Below are positions 17,462 to 28,194 of a stretch of 64,000 nt of DNA, piece by piece. The stretch is from Crocinitomicaceae bacterium. GTDB lineage: Bacteria; Bacteroidota; Bacteroidia; Flavobacteriales_D; Crocinitomicaceae. Each line of letters opens with the position of its first letter. The stretch's first letter is position 1. The stretch is from NCBI GenBank assembly GCA_965284445.1, contig OZ260085.1, positions 2,017,443 to 2,081,442 on the forward strand, given 5' to 3'. The translations under genes and the position numbers were made by a program. A model generated the notes under the pieces. It had not been told where the DNA came from. It made no database searches and saw nothing but the letters and a program-made list of their open reading frames with translations.

Positions 17462-17917
17462 TCAATTAAAATTTAAAGGCTTATCATTTGCTTTTGGATC
17501 CCAGCTGCCCTCGTATTTAAAGGTCAATTTTCCATTGTAATCCGAAGAATAAAAAGCGACTCTATCCATCGTGGCATCAATTTCACCTTTGTCTAAATTT
17601 GCTGCTTCACGAAGCGACATGACATAGAACCAATCATTCTTTTTACAAATCCAGGAACCAAACATGGTATGATTAATCTCCAATACGTTTAGCGCAAAAG
17701 CTTGCAAATTTCGGTCTGGAACTCGCAGCAAAGGACTCATTATTTGAAAGTAGTACTTAGACGGAGTGGCTGGAGAATCGAATAAATCTATCCAGATTGT
17801 CGCTCCCTTATAAGTTAAATTCCATTGTCCTCGCTTGTCGCCTCTGCACAACATTGGATCAACACCTAATTCAGCAATACTTGCTTCAATAAGTACAAAT
17901 GTAGATTCAAATTCCAT
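17462..17917 (-). CDS. YbjN-like (putative chaperone/sensory-transduction fold) protein
   Basis: Size and overall pattern recalled from YbjN-domain proteins. No catalytic motif. Confidence 0.45.
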   Translation of the reverse strand: MEFESTFVLIEASIAELGVDPMLCRGDKRGQWNLTYKGATIWIDLFDSPATPSKYYFQIMSPLLRVPDRNLQAFALNVLEINHTMFGSWICKKNDWFYVMSLREAANLDKGEIDATMDRVAFYSSDYNGKLTFKYEGSWDPKANDKPLNFN

Positions 17918-17976
17918 ATCACAAATGTAAAAAACTGAAGATAATTTGCAAAAGAAATTTAAATCAATGGCCTTTT

Positions 17977-19257
17977 CTAGAAAATTCCAACCTCAACTTT
18001 CCCAGAAGAATTGGTTTTATAGCAGTACAAATTTCCGTCTAAACTCGCGATCAAAATTTCTAATTTTCCATCTTGATCAATGTCTTTGATAAAAACACTT
18101 GTTTCTGCTCCCTCATTAAATTTCACTTGTTGGATTTCAGTTCCATCTGTTTTAGCCAAAAACAAATCTCCCATTTCAGTGACGCCAACCAATTGTGGAA
18201 AACCTTTTCCTAGCACGTCCGCAATCATCGTTGTTGCAGAAATTCTTGCGCCGAAAACATCTACATTTTTTGTAATTGCCTTGTCAGACAAATATTGAGG
18301 CAAAGTATCGTTTTCCGTCATCCAAAAAGCTTTTCCAATAGGCGTTGATTCGCTTCCTAAGATTAAAAAGCCATCTTTAGAAACGATGGGCGACATGAAA
18401 TAGTCAAATCCAAAATCCACTTGTCGCAAGCGTTTGCCTTTTGAATCAACTATGCTCAATTGACCATAAGAATCCATCAAATAAAATAATGTTTGTCCGT
18501 CAGATTTAACCATAAATGGAGAAGAATGAACACCACCTCCTGTTTCTACTACCCAAATAAAATCTCCAGTTTTGCCATTTAATGCCAAATGGTAATCGCC
18601 GTAATGTTTCATTTTGAAACCTTGAATTTCATCTGAATTGGCAGTTCCTCTTCCCGCAGTAATCAAATCTTTAACCCCATCATTATTTACATCAACCGCC
18701 AAGGCAGCCACATTTCCTTCATGACTTGTGATTATCTCATTTTTCCATATCAGTGAACCATTTGTACCATCCAAGGCATAAAACCCAGCATTCTGGACAC
18801 TGAAAAAAACATCCAATTTTTGATCATTGTTAAAATCTTCCAAGACTGGTTTGCTTTCAACATCAAAGGGAAGATTGTATTTCCATAGTTCCTCATGGGT
18901 TTTCAAATCGAAACAGAAAAAATAATAGTTGTCAGTTCCGAAAAATAATTTTCCATCGCCGATCGCAATTCCTGTAACATCATTATCGCCGCCGAAAGGC
19001 AAAACAAATTGATGGACAATTTTTCCTGTTTTTGGATCAATCGCATAAACGCCGTCTTGGTCATCGAGTCGTCCGGTTCTATCTTTTCCATTGGAACCGA
19101 TGTAAATCAATCCTTCATGAAAAATCATATTGGTACGATAAGTCGTTAAGCCAATTGACGTTTTCCAATTTTCTTTGAAAATAGAAGTGATTTTTTTCTG
19201 TGCTAAAGTATTTCCCATCAAGAAAAACACGATTGCGATATTAATTATTCTTACCAT
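17977..19257 (-). CDS. Secreted beta-propeller protein with FG-GAP/PQQ-like repeats
   Basis: Signal peptide, plus repeated DxNxDGxxD-like loops (FNNDQKLDVFF, VDVNNDGVKDLI, IDQDGKLEILI). Confidence 0.7.
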   Translation of the reverse strand: MVRIINIAIVFFLMGNTLAQKKITSIFKENWKTSIGLTTYRTNMIFHEGLIYIGSNGKDRTGRLDDQDGVYAIDPKTGKIVHQFVLPFGGDNDVTGIAIGDGKLFFGTDNYYFFCFDLKTHEELWKYNLPFDVESKPVLEDFNNDQKLDVFFSVQNAGFYALDGTNGSLIWKNEIITSHEGNVAALAVDVNNDGVKDLITAGRGTANSDEIQGFKMKHYGDYHLALNGKTGDFIWVVETGGGVHSSPFMVKSDGQTLFYLMDSYGQLSIVDSKGKRLRQVDFGFDYFMSPIVSKDGFLILGSESTPIGKAFWMTENDTLPQYLSDKAITKNVDVFGARISATTMIADVLGKGFPQLVGVTEMGDLFLAKTDGTEIQQVKFNEGAETSVFIKDIDQDGKLEILIASLDGNLYCYKTNSSGKVEVGIF

Positions 19258-21983
19258 TGTTGAGGAGTATATCTTTCGTTTGTTTCTACATAAATATAAT
19301 AAGTCTGGCCATTTTCGATTCCTATCATTACCTCAGATCGGCCTTCCATAAAAGAAGCTGATTCATAAATAAATGGAACTAAATCATTACCTTGAAGATC
19401 AATTGCGCCATATTTTCCGTCTTTGTAAACGACTGTAAATAATTCATTCGAAAATTGAACATCTAAATCACCCGTTTCCTCCATAAATTCATTGTTTCTC
19501 AAATAATATTTATGGTATAAATTCCCAGTTTTTAAAAAACCATAACTTCCTAAAACGATGTCATAAGGTTGAGAAAGTGGGGTTGAATTTGGAACACAAC
19601 CTGCATCCGTAAAATACGCTCCTTGCACATACTTCTTACCTCCTTTTTCACCTATAAAATAAGTAATCGCAGTTGATTCAAAATCTGTCTGTTTAGAAAT
19701 CGACTCAAATTCAACTGGGAGAATTAAGACTTTACTGCCGTGTATTCCTTTCTTTTTACCTACTGAAACAACAAATGTATTTTGCAAATTGTCGTTTCCG
19801 TATGGCTCGATTTGATCGTAATTCACGGGAACTAGTTCTCCTTGAAATTGACTTACAACTCCTTTTTTCTTGCCTATTTGACAGTAAAAAATACTTCCAT
19901 CAAAATAATTTGAAATCAAAGCAGATTCTAATTTATCGTATTTAAAATCAATCAAAGTATCACCACATTGATTGATCAAGCCAAGTTTTTTATTTGTACC
20001 TGAAACAATAAAACATTTGCTCAAAGGATCTTGTTTCATCGATTTATATTCCGGTTGAATCTGCACCGTTGCAATTTTTTCTCCGTCATCAAAATCATTG
20101 TTGGTCTTCAAACCGTACAACCCTTTTTCTTTGAAAATTAAATATTTAGGCTCAAGCGAATAAAACTTTTTGCCTTTTTCGGTCAAATAATAGGGAAAAT
20201 CATTCCCATCAACCGTTGCATAAACTTCGGTTTGATCCATTGCATATTGTAAAGTCAGCGAATAATCAAAAACTGGAGAAATCAAATTCCCATTGATAAG
20301 ATTTAATATTCCTTGCTTTCCGTTTTTATAAATTCTTATGTATTGAGAAAATCCAATCACAGGATTGATCGAATCAAACTTTCCATTGATGTATTTCCCA
20401 GATATGGCGACTACTCCAAATTTTGAATCTTGATTCAAGGTATAAATGAATTGTAACGATACATTTCCGAAAATACTTCTTTCATCTTCTTCACCTTCAA
20501 CATATTTGATGATTGTTTCAGATAATTTCACCTCTTGTTCATGGCAAATTTGAATAAATTGTCCATCTTCCAAGTGATATAGAAAATGTTCACTTGCATC
20601 AAACTTCTTCGTTATCAGAAAGTCCATAATCAAATCGCATTTTTCTAATTCCATAGGTACTATATCCTTCATTCCCTGAATGAAATACCCGACCCCAGAT
20701 GCACTACCATAAAACCTGTAAAATGTTTTACCATTTAGGTTTTCTCTGGAAATTTGCAAAACTTCAGCATAATCTATCCACGGAGAGATGCGTCTTTTCT
20801 CTTCCAAATCATAGACTGCTTTTACTGTTGCTCCATCTTTTATATCAATAATTAATATGAATGGCTCATCAAGGATTTCTTTGTAAACCACATCGCTCAC
20901 TTCCCAATCTGTATTTTCATAATTTAACTCAAAATAAGATTCTACTTTCAAAAAAGAATCGATTGGAGTTAAAAATCGATCTAAAATAATTGCTTTGTTT
21001 TCGGACTCTGCTATGAACCAATTACCCTGTTTCTTGAACGCTTTATAATTCAACTTTTTCACTTCAAAATTGGAATTTACGACTGTCAAGTTATTGTCTA
21101 CATTTGTTTGTAAACAAACATTGCATTTAATTTCATCAAACTCAGCGACGTAGGAATTTAACCCTTTCATTTTTGCCTCAGAAATGAGACTTCCATCAGA
21201 CTTAGCTAATTGAAAATAAGTGTAATAATCTTCGTATTCATTCATGAATTGACTATCATACTCTTCTACAGTGTACAGTACAAATAAAAAATCAAAATTA
21301 TAGGAGCCGATTTTATAGTCTGCAAATTTTTGCTTGTCGATTCTCCCATATTTTGGCGCTACAATCCAACCTTTCTCTACTTCGTAAATTCCAATTTTTC
21401 CGTTTTTAAAAACCTTGAAAAAATTTTCTCCCTGAAAAAACTCAATTTTTGACTGCATACTATCAATCAATAACTTACCTCTAAAATACAAATCCCAATG
21501 TTGGTCTCCTACTTTACAGTTTGAATAATATCCTTCTGAGTAGATTTCACTGTATTTTGCTGGAATGATTTCGTTATTTTCTGAGAAAAAGCATCCAAAT
21601 TTATCATCATTTCTCAATTCGAATCCGTACGGAACTGCACGAATTTCTTTGTATTCTGGTTTAATTAAATAACTCCCGTCGTTGTAGATTATCCCAACTA
21701 GATTGTTTTCTTTCACAAAAGCTTGTCCGGTCAAAAAAGGTTCTGCCTTTTGAAACTTAAAAGGAATTTGAACATTTCCCGCAGAATCAATGTATCCCCA
21801 TTTGTCATTCAAACGAACCAATGCCAATTCCTCAGAAAAATTGCATTCATAATCATACGTGCAAGGAATGATTTCCCTCCCGTTTTTCTCAAAACCAAAC
21901 TTACCATTTTTTTTCACAATCGTTAGATCCTGAGCTTGCAATCCAACTGCAAGAAATAAAAACAAAACAAAAGTACTTTTCAT
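19251..21983 (-). CDS. Secreted WG-repeat (KWG) protein, 910 aa
   Basis: Signal peptide, plus many repeats of the type KNGKFGFxxxxGxxIIPxxYD / DKWGYIDSAGNVQIPFKF. The stop overlaps the next gene's start by 7 nt. Confidence 0.8.
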   Translation of the reverse strand: MKSTFVLFLFLAVGLQAQDLTIVKKNGKFGFEKNGREIIPCTYDYECNFSEELALVRLNDKWGYIDSAGNVQIPFKFQKAEPFLTGQAFVKENNLVGIIYNDGSYLIKPEYKEIRAVPYGFELRNDDKFGCFFSENNEIIPAKYSEIYSEGYYSNCKVGDQHWDLYFRGKLLIDSMQSKIEFFQGENFFKVFKNGKIGIYEVEKGWIVAPKYGRIDKQKFADYKIGSYNFDFLFVLYTVEEYDSQFMNEYEDYYTYFQLAKSDGSLISEAKMKGLNSYVAEFDEIKCNVCLQTNVDNNLTVVNSNFEVKKLNYKAFKKQGNWFIAESENKAIILDRFLTPIDSFLKVESYFELNYENTDWEVSDVVYKEILDEPFILIIDIKDGATVKAVYDLEEKRRISPWIDYAEVLQISRENLNGKTFYRFYGSASGVGYFIQGMKDIVPMELEKCDLIMDFLITKKFDASEHFLYHLEDGQFIQICHEQEVKLSETIIKYVEGEEDERSIFGNVSLQFIYTLNQDSKFGVVAISGKYINGKFDSINPVIGFSQYIRIYKNGKQGILNLINGNLISPVFDYSLTLQYAMDQTEVYATVDGNDFPYYLTEKGKKFYSLEPKYLIFKEKGLYGLKTNNDFDDGEKIATVQIQPEYKSMKQDPLSKCFIVSGTNKKLGLINQCGDTLIDFKYDKLESALISNYFDGSIFYCQIGKKKGVVSQFQGELVPVNYDQIEPYGNDNLQNTFVVSVGKKKGIHGSKVLILPVEFESISKQTDFESTAITYFIGEKGGKKYVQGAYFTDAGCVPNSTPLSQPYDIVLGSYGFLKTGNLYHKYYLRNNEFMEETGDLDVQFSNELFTVVYKDGKYGAIDLQGNDLVPFIYESASFMEGRSEVMIGIENGQTYYIYVETNERYTPQQW

Positions 21984-22148
21984 AACTATCGAATTTGAGC
22001 AAAGTTAGTTTACATTATGTGAGAAAAAAATAAAGCATTTGTAGTATTCTTAACTTATTAACCGACACTTAATAACTATAAATACATCTATTTAAATTTG
22101 TTAACATTTTGGTAAGATATATTTATTAAAAATTCCATCCTTTGGACG

Positions 22149-22156
22149 TACCTTTG
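22149..22156 (+). promoter_or_regulatory. -7 box TACCTTTG for the 22219 gene
   Basis: Exact TAnnTTTG, about 65 nt upstream of the start. Confidence 0.4.
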
Positions 22157-22218
22157 CAAAAATTTAAATGAAATCCTTGAAGTAAATGTTTACTGAAACC
22201 ATTTAGATTTAGAAAAGT

Positions 22219-24552
22219 TTGGAATTTATCGTGAGAAAAATTTGTTTAATTGCCTCGATTCTTTTTCTGCTTAATCATACCTTTTTTGCACAAATCACCA
22301 TTGCCTTTCAAGGCGGTGAAACTGGCGATAATTGGAACTTTTCTTCAACTGGTGCCGATAATGTTGCACAATCTGAATCATTCGCGGCAGCAAATCGCAC
22401 TTCCGGCACTCGATCAATCGTTGTGGGCGGAAATACTGGCGGTGGAAGTTGCTTTGACGGTGGATCTGGAAATGGAACCGACGTTGTAAACACTTTTACA
22501 TTCGAAAATGTAGACATTTCAGGTAGCAGTAATTTCAATCGAACACTTACTTTCCAATGGGGGAATCGCTTTCCAGTGTGTGTTGGAACAGGTTGGGATT
22601 CTAATGAAAATCTACTATTTACTGCTTACCACAATGGAATAGCGCAAACCACAACAACAATTGCAACTGGGAGTAACAATGCCAATTTTAATATTGCAAC
22701 CAGTCAATTTTCTTGGAATATTCCTACTTGTGTGACTGACTTCTATTTTACATTGTCTGTCACGACAAATCGAAGAGATGAACTGCTCTTTGTAGATGAT
22801 GTGCGTCTTACAACGCCAAATTTAAATCAACCGATTCCAAATACTTCGCTCATTACGGGTAACAGCGAAATTTGCGTAGGCAATTCACAAAACTTGAGTG
22901 TCACTTCACTACCAAATACTTTTTACACTTGGAGTGGATTGCCATCGACTGCCCAATTTACATCTCCCAACAATACTTTGACTTCAAATCAAATTTCCAT
23001 AGATTGGGGAGCAACTCCCGCTGGAATTTATTCTGTACAAGTAATACCATCCATGAATATTTGTGGCGTTTTGACAAATGGAAATCCAAGATCAATTGAT
23101 ATTACATTGGTAAACAGTCCAACAATCATTGTTCAAGGAGCAACGACAATTTGTCCAGGAGAAAGTACTGTAATTTCCGCTTCTGGCGCTACCACTTATA
23201 ACTGGGACAACGGATTAGGGAATGGAAATCAATTCACCGTTTCACCTTTGGTCACCACAACTTACAATGTAACTGGCTCAATAGGTAATTGTATTTCAAG
23301 TAATTCGGTAACGATTACAGTTTCAAATTCAATAAATATCTCAATTGTCTCATCGAGTGATTCAATTTGTATCGGCGAAACTGTTTCTATCACTGCATCA
23401 GGCATGAATTCATATCTATGGCAAAATGCCAATGGATTGACAGCAAGCACTAATGCAACGGTTTTTGCAAATCCAACGGCTACAACAACATTCAACGTAT
23501 CAGGATCGATTGGAAATTGTCAAGCACAGGGAAGTCTAACGATTTTCGTAAGTCCATTGCCAACAATATCTGCTGGAAATGATGTCAGCATTTGTGAAGG
23601 AGAATTTGTGACTTTAAGCGCAACAGGCGGAAATTCCTATTCTTGGAGTCAAAACGTGCAAAACGGTATTGCGTTTCAACCGCAAAGCACCCAAACCTAC
23701 TCAGTTTCTGGAACAAATAACTTTGGTTGCGTTAGGACTGACGAAGTTTTAGTTACCGTAAATCCAAAGCCTACAGTTCAATTTCAAGCTTCTGTGTTAA
23801 ATGGCTGTTCACCAATAGAAACGCAATTTTCAACCAATTTGAGCGACATTCAAAGTTATTCTTGGAATTTTGGAGATGGCAATACCAGTCAAGATCCAAA
23901 TCCGTCACACACATACTTCAATGATGGTTGCAATGACGTGGAGCTGACAGTAATTTCGACAAATAGTTGCACCGCAAGCTTGCTTTTACAAGATTACATT
24001 TGCTCAGATTTGAAACCAACTGCCAACTTTGAAATCAATCCAACGAGTTTGAGTGAATCAAATCTAAACGCCCATTTTTTCAATCTTTCTGAAAATGCTA
24101 CAAGTTTTCTGTGGAACTTTGGCGATTTAACAAACTCAACTCTAGTGTCCCCAGAGCACTTGTATGAGATGAATAATTCTGACGGATATTGGGTCACTTT
24201 GTACGCATTCTCTGCACAAGGATGTATCGATTCAATGACCCAAAAATTGCCTTTGATTGAAAATGTAATTTACTATGTACCAAATGCATTTACGCCAGAC
24301 GGTAACGAATTTAATCAAACATTTCAGCCCATTTTCACTACTGGTTTTGATCCAACAAGATTCGAAATGCTGATTTTTGACCGTTGGGGAGAAATCATTT
24401 ACGAAACAAAAGACGCTTCCATCGGTTGGGACGGTACAAACGTACAAGGTGAAATTGTTTCTGATGGAATTTACACGTGGAAAATCGCCTTCAATTTAAT
24501 GAATAGCGATGACAGAAAAATTATTTCTGGACACGTAAACTTACTGAGATGA
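22219..24552 (+). CDS. T9SS type B (gliding-motility-associated CTD) cargo protein with Ig-like Cys-repeat and PKD domains
   Basis: Repeated ICxGExxxLxAxGxxxYxW modules and PKD modules (WNFGDGNTS). CTD: YVPNAFTPDGNEFNQTF...FDRWGEIIYE...GWDGT...GHVNLLR. The start may be the GTG at 22231 (MRKICLIAS signal). Confidence 0.85.
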   Translation: MEFIVRKICLIASILFLLNHTFFAQITIAFQGGETGDNWNFSSTGADNVAQSESFAAANRTSGTRSIVVGGNTGGGSCFDGGSGNGTDVVNTFTFENVDISGSSNFNRTLTFQWGNRFPVCVGTGWDSNENLLFTAYHNGIAQTTTTIATGSNNANFNIATSQFSWNIPTCVTDFYFTLSVTTNRRDELLFVDDVRLTTPNLNQPIPNTSLITGNSEICVGNSQNLSVTSLPNTFYTWSGLPSTAQFTSPNNTLTSNQISIDWGATPAGIYSVQVIPSMNICGVLTNGNPRSIDITLVNSPTIIVQGATTICPGESTVISASGATTYNWDNGLGNGNQFTVSPLVTTTYNVTGSIGNCISSNSVTITVSNSINISIVSSSDSICIGETVSITASGMNSYLWQNANGLTASTNATVFANPTATTTFNVSGSIGNCQAQGSLTIFVSPLPTISAGNDVSICEGEFVTLSATGGNSYSWSQNVQNGIAFQPQSTQTYSVSGTNNFGCVRTDEVLVTVNPKPTVQFQASVLNGCSPIETQFSTNLSDIQSYSWNFGDGNTSQDPNPSHTYFNDGCNDVELTVISTNSCTASLLLQDYICSDLKPTANFEINPTSLSESNLNAHFFNLSENATSFLWNFGDLTNSTLVSPEHLYEMNNSDGYWVTLYAFSAQGCIDSMTQKLPLIENVIYYVPNAFTPDGNEFNQTFQPIFTTGFDPTRFEMLIFDRWGEIIYETKDASIGWDGTNVQGEIVSDGIYTWKIAFNLMNSDDRKIISGHVNLLR

Positions 24553-24574
24553 TTTGGGAGATTTTCAAGAAGCT

Positions 24575-24600
24575 TTCAGGAGCTAGTGTGAACTCCTGAA
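24575..24600 (+). terminator. Hairpin TTCAGGAG-N10-CTCCTGAA after the T9SS cargo gene
   Basis: 8-bp perfect stem, 23 nt after the stop. No clear U-tract. Confidence 0.35.
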
Positions 24601-25003
24601 AACCCATTGAATTTGATTGTTTCTTAGCAGCAGCAGATCAAAATCTTTAAAACAAAAAAAACAGAATTTTAATCAACTTAAACAATCCAATATCATTTGT
24701 ATTGAATGATGTTGTAAAAGTAGTTGCTATCTAAAACCTATGCTAGAGGGCTACCCCCTCAATTTATTAAAACTTAATTAGCCAACAATTTTGACAAAAA
24801 TTTGCTAAAATCAACATCGAATACCACAGAATCAACGAAAAATACAGTTTAAATATACTGCAAAATGACTCGAAAACACTTGTTTTAAGCCACTTTAAGT
24901 GATTTTATATTTTTCGATTCTCAGTTAAAATGAAAAAATCTACCGTTTAATAAAGCAACAAAACAGAAGAGGGTATTTTCAAAAAAACTATTCAATTATT
25001 TTT

Positions 25004-25011
25004 TATGTTTG
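25004..25011 (+). promoter_or_regulatory. -7 box TATGTTTG, putative promoter of TonB paralog 1
   Basis: Exact TAnnTTTG. It implies a 5' leader of about 155 nt. Confidence 0.35.
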
Positions 25012-25035
25012 AATAAGCATCAACGGAAAACTTAA

Positions 25036-25062
25036 AAATAATGAATCAAACAATCATTATTT
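25036..25062. promoter_or_regulatory. Inverted repeat AAATAATGA-N9-TCATTATTT (Fur-box-like arms)
   Basis: 9-bp perfect arms containing ATAATGA / TCATTAT, downstream of the putative -7 box and upstream of the tonB paralog. Confidence 0.3.
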
Positions 25063-25173
25063 ATTTTTAGGCGCCAAAAGATAAATTTAAGTTGAAAGAA
25101 ATGCTTGAAATGAAATTTTATAAATCAGCTTCATTTCAAATTATTTATTTACTAATTGTTAAAACTTAAAGTC

Positions 25174-26049
25174 ATGGTAATTATATTCAGTATTATCGCA
25201 ATTGTACTACTTGTTTCTTTGTATGATTATTTCTCTGCAAAAAATTGGCAACAAGTTACCTCAGATGTTAGAAACGATGTTGTTTTCAAAAACAGAAACA
25301 AAAATTATGGTGCTTACATCATGAGAAGAGACTATAACAAAAGAATGTTATTGATTCTGGTTGGAATGGTCGGAAGCATGGGCGCAGCTTATGGAACCTT
25401 TATGTTGGTCAAAACAACTCCAAAAGTTGCTATTGAAGTTTCACCTGTCGAAACCTGGGATACCGTAATTCTTGATCTTGATGAGAAAAAACCTGAAATC
25501 AAAATTGAAAAAATCGATGAAGTTCAATCAACCCCAGAAAAGCAAAATGAGTTCAACGAATTGAAAGTGACTGATGATGAAATTATCGATCCCAAAATTG
25601 AAATTGATCCAAATATTAAATCAGGAGATGAAAAAATTATTGGAGATGATGATAGAGATCCATTTGAACCAATCATCGATGAAGGCAAAAAAGGAAAAGG
25701 TCCGATTGAAATTATTGATCCAATTGACGAACCCGAAATTGATGTTGATGAAGAAGCACAATTTCCTGGAGGAAGACCTAAACTGATGGAATTTTTAGGG
25801 AAAAATTTACAGTATCCAGCTTTACCGTTAGAACTTGGAATTCAAGGAAAAAGCTACTTTCAATTTGTAGTCGACAAAAAAGGAGAAATTTCTAGGATCA
25901 AAGTGTTAAGAAAATTTGACGAATGTCCAGAGTGCGACGCAGAGGCAAAACGCGTAATCAGCAAAATGCCGATTTGGAAACCGGCAAAGAAAAATGGTAA
26001 AAATGTTGATAGCTATTTCCAAATGCCAATCAACTTTGTAATTCAATAA
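25174..26049 (+). CDS. tonB: TonB-family energy transducer, paralog 1
   Basis: The C-terminal TonB domain (AQFPGGRPKLMEFLGKNLQYPALPLELGIQGKSYFQFVVDKKGEI) follows an acidic/Pro/Ile-rich linker. Start trimmed to the ATG at 25174. Confidence 0.85.
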   Translation: MVIIFSIIAIVLLVSLYDYFSAKNWQQVTSDVRNDVVFKNRNKNYGAYIMRRDYNKRMLLILVGMVGSMGAAYGTFMLVKTTPKVAIEVSPVETWDTVILDLDEKKPEIKIEKIDEVQSTPEKQNEFNELKVTDDEIIDPKIEIDPNIKSGDEKIIGDDDRDPFEPIIDEGKKGKGPIEIIDPIDEPEIDVDEEAQFPGGRPKLMEFLGKNLQYPALPLELGIQGKSYFQFVVDKKGEISRIKVLRKFDECPECDAEAKRVISKMPIWKPAKKNGKNVDSYFQMPINFVIQ

Positions 26050-26177
26050 AATTAAATTTTACAACTCAAAATCCCCGATATTTAAAAATGTCGGGGATTT
26101 TTGTTTTAGACTGAAAAAAAAATGCAATTATTGAATTAAATATCACTAATTAGATTGTTCAATAAAAATAAAACGCT

Positions 26178-26185
26178 TATCTTTG
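26178..26185 (+). promoter_or_regulatory. -7 box TATCTTTG for atpDC
   Basis: Exact TAnnTTTG, 37 nt upstream of the atpD ATG. Confidence 0.5.
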
Positions 26186-26197
26186 CGCCCAAATTGA

Positions 26198-27730
<1,533 letters not shown>

Positions 27731-27768
27731 TCCAAAGATTGAGTTTTCGTAATTTAAAATAATAAAAG

Positions 27769-28056
27769 ATGCATTTAGAAATTATAACACCTGAGCATAA
27801 AATTTTTACTGGCGAAGTTGAAGCAGTTCAATTTCCTGGAATTGATGGATTGTTTCAGGTCTTGAATAATCATGCTCCAATTGTTTCTGCATTAGGAAAG
27901 GGAATTATTAAAATTGATTTGAAGTCAGATTTTGAAAGAAATGAAAAATCTAGTTCTTTGATCGAAGAAGATAAAAACCCTAAAATTATTCGTGTAGGAA
28001 TCAAAGGTGGCGTTGTTGAAATGCTAAACAATAAAGTAATTGTTCTTGCTGAATAG
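27769..28056 (+). CDS. atpC: F1 ATP synthase epsilon subunit, short form (beta-sandwich only)
   Basis: Position after atpD. The N-terminal LEIITPEHKIFTGEVEAVQFPG pattern is present. 95 aa. Confidence 0.85.
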   Translation: MHLEIITPEHKIFTGEVEAVQFPGIDGLFQVLNNHAPIVSALGKGIIKIDLKSDFERNEKSSSLIEEDKNPKIIRVGIKGGVVEMLNNKVIVLAE

Positions 28057-28075
28057 TAAAAACATAACATACATC

Positions 28076-28109
28076 AAGAGGGATATGGGAAACCACATCC
28101 CTCTTTTTT
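28076..28109 (+). terminator. Intrinsic terminator after atpC
   Basis: AAGAGGGATATGG-gaaa-CCACATCCCTCTT (one mismatch) followed by TTTTT. Confidence 0.7.
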
Positions 28110-28194
28110 ATTAAAGTATGTCTTAAAAAATGTAAAATTTTACCAGATATACTATTCTTTCATTAAATTCGTTCTCTTAAGAGTTCTTAAATGC

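Noticed and set aside
24553-25155. Degraded gene, IS remnant or known structured RNA (tmRNA, RNase P, SRP, 6S, riboswitch) in the 600-bp gap
   Set aside because: There are no long frames even allowing frameshifts, no terminal inverted repeats flanking a unit, and none of the conserved boxes I know for these RNAs. It is left as unexplained non-coding DNA with local inverted repeats.
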